Notes under the pieces: generated by a model
Databases searched by the model: none
Seen by the model: only the letters and a program-made list of their open reading frames with translations
What the model was told of the DNA's origin: nothing
In this document: positions 22,220-29,929 of the stretch, piece after piece
Numbering within the stretch: position 1 is the first letter of the stretch
How the letters are laid out: every line of letters begins with the position of its first letter
IMG/VR virus record: IMGVR_UViG_3300019124_000003
Span: 1-64,000 of that record
DNA: 64,000 nucleotides
Origin: a virus
Strand: one strand, 5' to 3'
Program-made: the position numbers and the translations under genes

Positions 22220-22251
22220 ATCGCGCAGCAGAGCACGGAAGTCGGGTGGGA
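22220..22251 (-). promoter_or_regulatory. class-1 phage promoter
   Basis: TCCCACCCGA-N14-TGCGCGAT upstream of 21911..22186. Confidence 0.5.
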
Positions 22252-22274
22252 AATTAGCGGTTTAGCGAAATCGC

Positions 22275-22499
22275 CTATTCGCTCTCGTCCTCGACAGTCT
22301 CCTTCAGCAGTTGCCTGAGCAGAAGGTCCTGGTTGTAGGAGTTGAGCTGGCGCGTCACCAGCACCGTCACGTAGACCAGGTGCTTCGGATCCTTGATCTC
22401 GGCGAAGGCTCTCCGGACGTTGAGCCCCTCCCCTATCCGCACCCAGCCGGCAATCCGGTCGGCCTTGTCAGCCAGAACTCTCAGCTCCCCTTCGGTCAT
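22275..22499 (-). CDS. hypothetical protein (74 aa)
   Basis: RBS GGGGACGGAG; full ORF. Confidence 0.65.
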   Translation of the reverse strand: MTEGELRVLADKADRIAGWVRIGEGLNVRRAFAEIKDPKHLVYVTVLVTRQLNSYNQDLLLRQLLKETVEDESE

Positions 22500-22556
22500 C
22501 TCCGTCCCCTTTTAGCGCTTTCGCGAATTCGTCATCGGTCAGGAGGTGGATATACA

Positions 22557-22739
22557 TCAGGCCACCCATTTTCCGCCACCGCAGCTCCATGAGCGGGGCT
22601 GCTTCACGCCGATGATCTGGTCGTCCGGGAAGATGGCCCGATGCTTCTCCCGGGCTTCTTTGGGCGAATTAGCGAAATGGTCGGCCGCGAAGCTGCGATT
22701 CCAGCCGGGCCGCTTCCAGAACACGAGATAGTGGTTCAT
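22557..22739 (-). CDS. hypothetical protein (60 aa)
   Basis: Start MNHYLVF, ATGA coupling. Confidence 0.55.
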   Translation of the reverse strand: MNHYLVFWKRPGWNRSFAADHFANSPKEAREKHRAIFPDDQIIGVKQPRSWSCGGGKWVA

Positions 22740-22912
22740 CGGGCCGCCTCCCTGGCGACAATCACGCCGTCCTTCAGCAGCACCACCTGCCGGATGCCGC
22801 CTTTGGCGATCCGCGCGCACTCGCGGGCGTAGCGGGCCCGGGCGGCGTCGCCGTCCTCGACCGGAGCGCGCCAGGTCGGCGCGCCGCGGTAATCCACGAT
22901 CACCTGATACAT
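22736..22912 (-). CDS. hypothetical protein (58 aa)
   Basis: MYQVIVDYRGAPTWRAPVED...; strong RBS CGCGAAAGGAGGAA; below ORF-track cut-off. Confidence 0.5.
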   Translation of the reverse strand: MYQVIVDYRGAPTWRAPVEDGDAARARYARECARIAKGGIRQVVLLKDGVIVAREAAR

Positions 22913-22958
22913 CGCTGATTCCTCCTTTCGCGAATGGGCGATTTAGCGAAACGAAGGC

Positions 22959-23417
22959 TCACCAGGAGCCCTCTTCCGCAAGCTGCGCGGGATCCGGCCG
23001 CTTGACCTTCAGCCGGAGCCGAACCAGGTCCACGTCGTCATTGACGCCGCGATTTAGCGATTTCGCGAGTTCGCGCGGCCGCGCCGGCGGTGCGTCGTAG
23101 ACGACCAGTCCGCCGTTGGCCTCGATCTCCTCGAGGAGCTGGCGCCAGTATTTGCGGAGCATCGGTCGCGCTTTCGCTAATTGGCGATCGGTCATGTGAT
23201 TGCGCCACCTCGGCAGCGCCTTCGCGATCGAGGTCAGGAACGGCGCGTCGTTGGCGTTGAAGCCGCGGCCGTTGCGGACCCGGGTGGTCTCGTCGGACTG
23301 CTCGTCTTCGGTCTGCCGGGCGAACAGGGTCAGGATCGCTTTGGCGACCGCCTGATCGTTGGTGTCGAGGAGCTGGATGATCGCGTCTTTGTCCCAGACT
23401 TTCTGCTGCGTGGTCAT
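22959..23417 (-). CDS. hypothetical protein (152 aa)
   Basis: Start MTTQQKV behind class-1 promoter at 23455-23486. Confidence 0.7.
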   Translation of the reverse strand: MTTQQKVWDKDAIIQLLDTNDQAVAKAILTLFARQTEDEQSDETTRVRNGRGFNANDAPFLTSIAKALPRWRNHMTDRQLAKARPMLRKYWRQLLEEIEANGGLVVYDAPPARPRELAKSLNRGVNDDVDLVRLRLKVKRPDPAQLAEEGSW

Positions 23418-23454
23418 CGTCGTGTCCTGCAATAGCGTTGCTGACGAGACGACG

Positions 23455-23486
23455 ATCTCAAATTCCTGACGGACAGTCGGGTGGGA
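23455..23486 (-). promoter_or_regulatory. class-1 phage promoter
   Basis: TCCCACCCGA-N14-TTTGAGAT upstream of 22959..23417. Confidence 0.5.
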
Positions 23487-23827
23487 TTTCGCGAATGCGC
23501 GAATGGGAGATTTAGCGATAGCGCGGAATCGCTTTAGAGCGTCGCTGAGCGACGGCAGCGCGTGTCGAGTGTCGCTCTAGTGACGAGAGCGCCCCGTCGC
23601 TCTGTGAGCGCTTAGAAGCGCTGCAAAGCTATAACCAGTTCAACGCTACTTGAACGATTGCGCGATCTTGCGCGTTGTGCGCTGGACGCGGCTCCGGCCG
23701 ATGGCTAGGAAGCCGCGTCTAACTGGAAAGCAGACAAACTTGGCGGCTCCGGTCTCGGCTGGAGTCGCCCTTTTAACGCCTGGGATTCGAAAAGGTTTGG
23801 TCGGGGGATCGACCGCGAATCCGCTAT

Positions 23828-23992
23828 TTAGCGAAACCAGCTCATCACCGTGCCGCCCGCGGCCACAAAGCCCAAGAGCACCAGGAATCCGAAGGCGGCC
23901 ACGCCGAGCATTTGGACGATCTCCGGCAGCTCCCGTTCGATGAAGAACTGGATGGAGATCCGGAGGTTTCTCAGATGCCAGCGGATGCCCAT
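23828..23992 (-). CDS. small membrane protein (54 aa)
   Basis: RBS AAAGGAGGAA; MGIRWHLRNL...GVAAFGFLVLLGFVAAGG; below ORF-track cut-off. Confidence 0.45.
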   Translation of the reverse strand: MGIRWHLRNLRISIQFFIERELPEIVQMLGVAAFGFLVLLGFVAAGGTVMSWFR

Positions 23993-24013
23993 TTTCGCTA
24001 ATTCCTCCTTTCG

Positions 24014-24280
24014 TTAAATCGTTATCGGAAACCAGACGCGGACGTGGCTGGAGCCGGGATGGTCCCAGTCCCAGGTCACGTTCTCGGTGATGCTGAAGGC
24101 TTTGAGCCAGTGCTCCATCGCCGGCCGGTCCGACGCAGGGATCACGATTCTTGCCTTCACATTCGGCTCGGCGCCGTCAAGCACGACGACCACATCGAAG
24201 ACGGCGAGATCCGTCGTCTTCTTGAGGTGGTCGATCAGCAGCTTGAGGGGAGGGACGTAGGATTTCGCGGTTTCGCTCAT
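24014..24280 (-). CDS. hypothetical protein (88 aa)
   Basis: ATG 3 nt after rtcB stop; RBS AAGGGGA. Confidence 0.65.
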   Translation of the reverse strand: MSETAKSYVPPLKLLIDHLKKTTDLAVFDVVVVLDGAEPNVKARIVIPASDRPAMEHWLKAFSITENVTWDWDHPGSSHVRVWFPITI

Positions 24281-24283
24281 TCG

Positions 24284-25657
24284 CTAATTCCCCTTCTTCT
24301 TGCGCCAGGGCGCGTCCTTCTCCCAGTCGCCGGCCATGATCGAGCCATAGGGCAGGATCTCGTCGGTGATCTGTGCCAGACCATACTTGGCGATCTGGAA
24401 CCGCACCGCGTCGGCGTTCTTGTAGGCGGACGGCAGCTCGGAGTGGTCCGGGATACCGCAGAACGAGCGAATGTCGAGGCCCTGCGCCTGGAGCGCCGCT
24501 AATTCGTCCTTTAGCGATTCCGCGTTCTCGCGAAGGTGCTGCGAGCGGGAGGAGTTGCGGCCGGCGCCGTGCGGCGCGAAGCCGAGCGCCTCCTTCCTGT
24601 TCTTGTGCCGCGCGATCAGGATCGGCTGGCTCATGTTGAGCGGGATCAGGGTCCGGCCGTCATCGTCCGCGGAGAAGCCGTCCCACGAGGGCGTGGCGCC
24701 CTTGCCGTGATAGAACAGCCCGTCGGACTTCTGGAAAACGAAATTATGTTCGTTCCAGAACCGATCGACGATCTTGTTGCCGATCATCATCGCGGCGAGG
24801 TCATGGATCGCGAAATGCGAGCGCTTGGTCCAGTCGCGGACGATCTGAAGGGCCTTCCAGTATTCCTGCCCGTCGGCCGAATCCGCCTTGAGCCAGGCAT
24901 TGTGCGCCGGGACCTTCGGGGCGTGGATCGCCGTGTGCCGCTTCGCATCGGCCATGCCGCGCTTGTAGAGCTGCGCGCCCAAGCCCCTCGAGCCGTGATG
25001 GGTCACGAGGGCGAGCTGTCCCGTGCTCTTGAGGCGGCCCACATAGGCGAAGTGGTTGCCGTCGCCCTGGGAGGCGAAGTGCCCGAGCGCATAGTTCTCC
25101 AGGCCCGCTAAATAGCGATTTCCCGAAATCGCGCTCATGATGGCCCGCGGCGGCTCGATCATCTTGTCGCGCCCGCCCGGCCCGAAATGCGTCACCGACT
25201 GCACCGCGTCGAGCAGCTTCTTGGGCTCGTCCTGGCGCATGAACACCGAGATCGCCACCGAGCAGCAGATGTCGGACGAGTGGAAGCCCGGATGGATCGC
25301 GTCTTCGCAGGCGACCGCGCCGCCGACCGGAATCGTGCCGAGCTGGCTGCCGGCAGGGCAGGCGTCGGGCATCACCGCGCCGGCCTTGATCGTCGGCACC
25401 CGCATCAGAGCGTCCATGTGCTTGACGACCGCTTCCAGGTTCTCGCGCTCCTGGTCCGTCTCCGGATCAAGGAAGACGGAGTAGGGGAGGGCGTTCGTCC
25501 GCAGCAAGGTTTCGACCGGCTGCATCGTCTGGAGATGGGCGAAGATTGCGTCATCGTCCGCACCCTCCGCGCGCATACGGTTGGCCGTCAGGAGCGCGTC
25601 CTTGAACCACCTGCCGGGCTTGAAGCCCCATTCTTGTAGTGTGAGCCCCGTGATCAT
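24284..25657 (-). CDS. rtcB: RtcB-family RNA 3'-phosphate ligase
   Basis: 457 aa with GDGNHFAYVG, HHGSRGLG and C-terminal PHGAGR blocks typical of RtcB. Confidence 0.9.
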   Translation of the reverse strand: MITGLTLQEWGFKPGRWFKDALLTANRMRAEGADDDAIFAHLQTMQPVETLLRTNALPYSVFLDPETDQERENLEAVVKHMDALMRVPTIKAGAVMPDACPAGSQLGTIPVGGAVACEDAIHPGFHSSDICCSVAISVFMRQDEPKKLLDAVQSVTHFGPGGRDKMIEPPRAIMSAISGNRYLAGLENYALGHFASQGDGNHFAYVGRLKSTGQLALVTHHGSRGLGAQLYKRGMADAKRHTAIHAPKVPAHNAWLKADSADGQEYWKALQIVRDWTKRSHFAIHDLAAMMIGNKIVDRFWNEHNFVFQKSDGLFYHGKGATPSWDGFSADDDGRTLIPLNMSQPILIARHKNRKEALGFAPHGAGRNSSRSQHLRENAESLKDELAALQAQGLDIRSFCGIPDHSELPSAYKNADAVRFQIAKYGLAQITDEILPYGSIMAGDWEKDAPWRKKKGN

Positions 25658-25691
25658 CGTTCTTTCGTCCTTTCGCTATTTCGCGGAATCG

Positions 25692-26051
25692 TTACTGGTT
25701 GCGCTTCTTGCGCGGATCCTGGTCCTCGCGCAGCGCGCGGCTCTGCTCGGCCATCTCCTTCGTGATGTTCATCACGGCGCCCAGATCCTCGTATTCGTGG
25801 ACCATCGCCGTCTCGACCTTCATCGGAACCGGGTGAGGGGTCAGCGTCGTGATCGCGACCGAGCCGCCCGCGTTGAGCAGGGCGAGCTCCTCCTTCGTCG
25901 GCTTCCACATCGACGTGACGGTGTAAGCCTGAATGTCCGGATACCAGATGCGCTGCACGGACAGCTCACCGCACGGCCCGAGCTTGCCCTCGTCCCAGCC
26001 TTCCGGCTGGCCGTAGCGCTGGTTGGCTCCTTCGAACAGAATCGGGCGCAT
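25692..26051 (-). CDS. hypothetical protein (119 aa)
   Basis: Full ORF, immediately upstream of rtcB. Confidence 0.7.
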   Translation of the reverse strand: MRPILFEGANQRYGQPEGWDEGKLGPCGELSVQRIWYPDIQAYTVTSMWKPTKEELALLNAGGSVAITTLTPHPVPMKVETAMVHEYEDLGAVMNITKEMAEQSRALREDQDPRKKRNQ

Positions 26052-26065
26052 GAAACCTCCTGTTG

Positions 26066-26365
26066 TTACGCCACGTTGCGGACGGGGATCTTGAGGGCCT
26101 CGTAGAGGGTCACGGCGCGCGGGCAGAAGCCGAAGAAGCCGGAGAGCTCCTCCAGGCGCGCGAACTGCTCGACCCGCTCGATGTTCTGGCGCGTATCGAG
26201 GTGATAGGCGACGTAGGGCTTCTCGACGCCCTGGACCTCAAAGACCTGCATGAAGCCGCGGCTCCGATCGAACCCGCATCCCCAGCGTTGGCTCGCGAGC
26301 TTCACGCCCTCGATCGTGAGGGATCCGCCGTCGGCAAGTGAAATGGTGTGACGCTCGATCTGCAT
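26066..26365 (-). CDS. hypothetical protein (99 aa)
   Basis: Full ORF; RBS GGGAAAGGG. Confidence 0.7.
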   Translation of the reverse strand: MQIERHTISLADGGSLTIEGVKLASQRWGCGFDRSRGFMQVFEVQGVEKPYVAYHLDTRQNIERVEQFARLEELSGFFGFCPRAVTLYEALKIPVRNVA

Positions 26366-26404
26366 GGAATTCGCCCTTTCCCGAATCCGCTAATTCGCTA
26401 TTTC

Positions 26405-26432
26405 GCCAAAAGGGGAGGGCGTTACCCTCCCC
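26405..26432 (-). terminator. intrinsic terminator after 26457..27308
   Basis: GGGGAGGG-TAACG-CCCTCCCC then TTTTGG. Confidence 0.65.
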
Positions 26433-26456
26433 GTTTTCGTCAATCGGTGATGAGGA

Positions 26457-27308
26457 TCACTCCTCGCTCTTGCCCATCAGGTCCTTGAGCGCCTGGGCGA
26501 GCATCGAGTCGGCGCGCAGCTTCAAGGTCTGCTTCTCGCGATCCGCGATCTTGAGGATCGGGAAGAGCGCCATGATCTGACCCGCCTGACTGCGCGCGGT
26601 GCCTTCCGAATACTTCTTGCGGAGTGCGGCCACGAGGTCGGTCGAGGTCGTCTCGCCGGTCTTCGCCAGGACCTCGAAGCACTCCATCACGTAGACGGAC
26701 GGCTTGCGGCCCGCGGCGACCGCGGCGAGCACGTTGTCGAACTTCTCGGCAACCTTCTTGATCGCCGGGCGCGAGGCGAGCACGGCCGCCTTGTTGGCGT
26801 CGAGATCCTCCGGGATCTCGGTCGTGAGCACGAAGTTCTCGGCCGGCAGGCTCGACAGGTCGCGGGCGACGCGCGGAACGCCGGTGCCTTTCGAAGCCTT
26901 CGTCTTCGCAGGCTTCGTCTCGACCGGCGTCGCCTCGGTCGTCATGTCGCTGCCTTCGGCGCTCTCATACGCCTCGGACTTGGCGATCTCGATCTCGACG
27001 GCCCGATCGATGTCCTCGTCCACCAGGTCCTCGATTTGGGCATCGTCCGCAGTCTGCGCCTCAAGCGCCGTCTCGTCGGGCTCCTCCACGATGTCCTCCT
27101 CGATCGCCGGCTCGTCGCGGTCCTCGACCGGAAGATCATCGAGCAGGTCGAGGGCGGCCATCACGTCGTCGGCCACAACATCGCCAGAAGTCACGCCAGG
27201 GTTCACAGTCATCGCTTCAATCTCCTCTAGTAGTGCGCTCGTCGCGTCATCGCTTGCGACAGTTTCAGTTATAGCGTCGTCCTGACGGAGCTGCGGGTGG
27301 GATTGCAT
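26457..27308 (-). CDS. acidic protein with C-terminal domain related to 6628..7476
   Basis: N-terminal half very Asp/Glu-rich; C-terminal TARSQAGQIMALFPILKIA resembles TASTQTSSTMHALQALGIVKA; alternative start at MTVNPG (RBS AGAGGAGA). Confidence 0.7.
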   Translation of the reverse strand: MQSHPQLRQDDAITETVASDDATSALLEEIEAMTVNPGVTSGDVVADDVMAALDLLDDLPVEDRDEPAIEEDIVEEPDETALEAQTADDAQIEDLVDEDIDRAVEIEIAKSEAYESAEGSDMTTEATPVETKPAKTKASKGTGVPRVARDLSSLPAENFVLTTEIPEDLDANKAAVLASRPAIKKVAEKFDNVLAAVAAGRKPSVYVMECFEVLAKTGETTSTDLVAALRKKYSEGTARSQAGQIMALFPILKIADREKQTLKLRADSMLAQALKDLMGKSEE

Positions 27309-27332
27309 GAATTCCTCGCGGGATCTGGATGG

Positions 27333-27650
27333 TTACACGACGCGCAGGAATGACGGGCGCGGCTTTACTTCAGTATTCTTGGGCGCAGTCGGAATCCCGG
27401 ACATGGCTGGCGTCTTGCCGTCCCAGGGCGGGCAGAGCGGGTGCGGCTGCGCGGCGATCCCGACGGCAGCCGGCATGGCGTAACCCCGGTCGCGATGCCA
27501 GAACCGCTTCATCAGGAACCACGCGCCATCGGGCGCCCTTGCCTCAACCAGGATCCGCATGTCCGTGCCAAGCATGGCCCCGGTAGGGGAGGGGACTTTG
27601 CCCGCGTGGAACTCGTCCGCCGTCAGATTGTCGTTCACTGCCACGAACAT
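27333..27650 (-). CDS. hypothetical protein (105 aa)
   Basis: RBS AAGGAG inside GTCAGTAAGGAGTGAC hairpin. Confidence 0.6.
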   Translation of the reverse strand: MFVAVNDNLTADEFHAGKVPSPTGAMLGTDMRILVEARAPDGAWFLMKRFWHRDRGYAMPAAVGIAAQPHPLCPPWDGKTPAMSGIPTAPKNTEVKPRPSFLRVV

Positions 27651-27653
27651 AAG

Positions 27654-27932
27654 TCACTCCTTACTGACGTTGCGGGACACGCGACCAAGCAGCCCGAGGA
27701 CCACGAAACCGATCCGGGTGATCAGCCAGATCAGGATTGCGCCGATGAAGTAGCCGGTGGCGCCGAGCAGCGCGAAGAAGGGCAGCTTCATGGCGTGCAG
27801 CAGAGTGCCAGGCGCGTAGAAGATGCCGCCCTTCAGGCCCAGATAGACCGACTGCCAGTAATTCGGATTGGGCCCGTTGAACCTGAACTCGGCGAGCTCC
27901 GGCGCCTGGTCTGCCTCAAGCTGCTTCTGCAC
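27654..27932 (-). CDS. membrane protein (92 aa, GTG start)
   Basis: RBS GGAGGTG; two hydrophobic helices; 17-nt overlap with exonuclease gene. Confidence 0.6.
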   Translation of the reverse strand: MQKQLEADQAPELAEFRFNGPNPNYWQSVYLGLKGGIFYAPGTLLHAMKLPFFALLGATGYFIGAILIWLITRIGFVVLGLLGRVSRNVSKE

Positions 27933-28482
27933 GTGCCACCTCCATGCCTTCCGGCAGTCTGAACCAGCCCCAGTCGAGGCCCCTGAAGAAAGCGTCCATC
28001 ATCACGCCCACGTCGTAGTCGGCGGCGTGCGCCTTCTCGGTGTCGTAGGGAATGTCGGTCGCAAAGCATAAGGCGCCGAGATTGGGGATCGCCCCGTTCG
28101 CCGTCGCCCAGCGGCCATTGAGCATCGTATCGACGATCGGCTTGTCGATCGGCTCCAGCCCGACGCGCTCCAGTTCGTAGTTGATGAACGGGCCGTCGAA
28201 CTTCTTCCAGTTGTGGCCGACGACCACATCCGCCTCGTCGAGCATGTCGCGGACACGAGGCGCAACGACGTTCCAGGTCGGGCAGCCTTCCACGTCCGCG
28301 AGGCTGATGCCGTGAACGCGCTGCGTCTCGATGGGGATCGAGCGCTGCGGATCGAGCCTGGTGTAGAACTTCTTGACCAGCTTGCGCGAGGTCAGATCCC
28401 AGTGGCCGAGATAGATCTCGACCATGCGATGATCGCCTGGCTCAAGCCCGGTCGTCTCAATATCTCCGCCCAGAATGATCAT
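27916..28482 (-). CDS. DEDDh 3'-5' exonuclease (DnaQ-like)
   Basis: DIETTG (Exo I), HNWKKFD (Exo II), HAADYD (Exo III); ATGA coupling; ORF-track N-terminal extension is non-coding-like. Confidence 0.85.
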   Translation of the reverse strand: MIILGGDIETTGLEPGDHRMVEIYLGHWDLTSRKLVKKFYTRLDPQRSIPIETQRVHGISLADVEGCPTWNVVAPRVRDMLDEADVVVGHNWKKFDGPFINYELERVGLEPIDKPIVDTMLNGRWATANGAIPNLGALCFATDIPYDTEKAHAADYDVGVMMDAFFRGLDWGWFRLPEGMEVARAEAA

Positions 28483-28988
28483 ACATGGCTCCACGTCTTG
28501 CCCGCGATGATGTCGCGGATCGTTCGTTCGCTGACTGAATACTTTATAGCGAGCGCTGAGAGGTCGTGCGGGATGGCAGCGCGAATCTCCTCGACCTGGC
28601 GCGCGGTAAGTTTCGCGTTGGAGTTCGACGAGCCGCGGGTGATCTTGAGGCCCGTCTTGAAGGCGTGCTCCTCGTTCTCGCTCTGCGTCGCCCATTCCAG
28701 ATTCTTGGGGTGGTTGTTCCGCTTGTTGCCGTCCAGGTGATTGACGTGCGGCTTGTTCTCCGGGTTCGGATGATAGGCCCAGGCGACCATCCGGTTGACC
28801 AGCACCGATTTCGTGATGCCCTTGAAGGTCATCGTGAAATAGACGCGGCCCGTTTTCTTGTGGACGCGCGGCACCACGCTGACGTAGCGCCCGCCCTTGA
28901 ACTTCTGGATCGTGCCGTCGAGCAGGACGCGGTAGGCGCCGCAGCGCAGCGCGTCCTTGATCCATTCGTCCTTGTCGAACTTCACCAT
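28479..28988 (-). CDS. HNH homing-type endonuclease
   Basis: VNHLDGNKRNNHPKNLEWATQSEN HNH block plus C-terminal HTH-like tail. Confidence 0.85.
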   Translation of the reverse strand: MVKFDKDEWIKDALRCGAYRVLLDGTIQKFKGGRYVSVVPRVHKKTGRVYFTMTFKGITKSVLVNRMVAWAYHPNPENKPHVNHLDGNKRNNHPKNLEWATQSENEEHAFKTGLKITRGSSNSNAKLTARQVEEIRAAIPHDLSALAIKYSVSERTIRDIIAGKTWSHV

Positions 28989-29437
28989 ACGTCCTCGCTG
29001 AACAGATGGCTCTTGGGCTCGCCATCGAGCGTCTGCTTGGCTTCCGAGGCGATCCAGCCGGCGATCTCCCGGTCTACGAACACGCCCTTGTCCGTGACGA
29101 AGCCCTGCTCGCAGGCGACCATGCTCGGAATGCCGGCGCCGAGCGCGGCGTGCATGACGTGGACGTGACGGCCGGGCGCCTCGCACATAAGGACCAGGGG
29201 CGGCATCGCATCGCCGTGCGGCCCGACGAGGCCGTGCAGCCTCACGGCCGCGGCGACGATCCGGGTTCCGTATTTCTCGAAGCGCTCCGCCTTCCAGGTC
29301 TCCGCGATCTTGGCGAGGTCGCGGCGCAGCTCGTCGAGGCTGCGCCCTTCCGGATGCAGCATCAGCGAGGCGGCTTCGAGCGGCATCGCCGTGCCGAACA
29401 GATTCCAGATTTCTTCCTGGGTGAGTTGATCGGTCAT
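28982..29437 (-). CDS. hypothetical protein (151 aa)
   Basis: ATGA coupling at MTDQLTQ. Confidence 0.65.
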   Translation of the reverse strand: MTDQLTQEEIWNLFGTAMPLEAASLMLHPEGRSLDELRRDLAKIAETWKAERFEKYGTRIVAAAVRLHGLVGPHGDAMPPLVLMCEAPGRHVHVMHAALGAGIPSMVACEQGFVTDKGVFVDREIAGWIASEAKQTLDGEPKSHLFSEDVW

Positions 29438-29751
29438 TGGCACAGATCCTTCTGAGTCTTGGCGAGCAGCTCGGCGACCTCCCAGGGCACCAGGCCCGTG
29501 ATCGAGTGGTAGAGGCTGTCGATGATCAGGCTGAGTTCGCGCTTGGTGATCTCGCCCTGGTCGAGCTGGAACACGCGCTCTTGGAGCTGCTCCAGGACCT
29601 TGCGCGAGAGCTCCTCTTGGTGAGAGGGCCAGGAGGAGTCCTGTTTGAACTGCTCCCGGACCATTTCGAGGACCTTGCGCAGGAGAGGGGAGGGCACCTT
29701 GTCGAAGTTCCGGATGGTCTTATCGACGGCTGCGACAACCTTCTCGCGCAT
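29434..29751 (-). CDS. hypothetical protein (105 aa)
   Basis: RBS AAGGAGAAG. Confidence 0.7.
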   Translation of the reverse strand: MREKVVAAVDKTIRNFDKVPSPLLRKVLEMVREQFKQDSSWPSHQEELSRKVLEQLQERVFQLDQGEITKRELSLIIDSLYHSITGLVPWEVAELLAKTQKDLCQ

Positions 29752-29761
29752 GAGCTTCTCC

Positions 29762-29929
29762 TTACGGTCGGTATCCGGCGATGCAGAGCTTGTCGCCGTT
29801 GATGCGCGCGAGGACGAAGCCCTCGCGGCAGATCGGGTCGGGAGCGGGCGGGCCGACGATCAGATGCGCCGCAATCGTCGGCCCCGCGACGACGAGCGCG
29901 ACGATCAGAACCAGCTTCCAGAACGGCAT
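29762..29929 (-). CDS. small secreted or anchored protein (55 aa)
   Basis: TGATG coupling; MPFWKLVLIVALVVAGPTIAA hydrophobic N-terminus, 2 Cys. Confidence 0.5.
   Translation of the reverse strand: MPFWKLVLIVALVVAGPTIAAHLIVGPPAPDPICREGFVLARINGDKLCIAGYRP

Larger units (their letters stand above)
19999..26407. repeat. cluster of TTAGCGA(A/T)/T(T/A)TCGCTAA motifs, often tandem with 8-bp period
   Basis: About twenty copies counted by eye in both orientations, in intergenic and coding DNA; further copies at 2397-2410, 5227-5249, 50555-50579, 54981-55010. Confidence 0.75.

Noticed and set aside
22468-22557. 29-aa ORF (MYIHLLTDDEFAKALKGDGDD...) coupled by TGATG to 22557..22739 and overlapping the start of 22275..22499
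   Set aside because: It is plausible through coupling, but very short. It overlaps the next gene by about 30 nt in another frame and is partly encoded by TTCGCGAA/AGCGCTAA motif copies. Evidence is insufficient.
23650-23943. 97-aa plus-strand ORF in the 23490-23990 region
   Set aside because: It has no RBS and an Arg/Pro/Ser-rich product, and it overlaps the minus-strand small membrane gene 23828..23992, which has a strong RBS.
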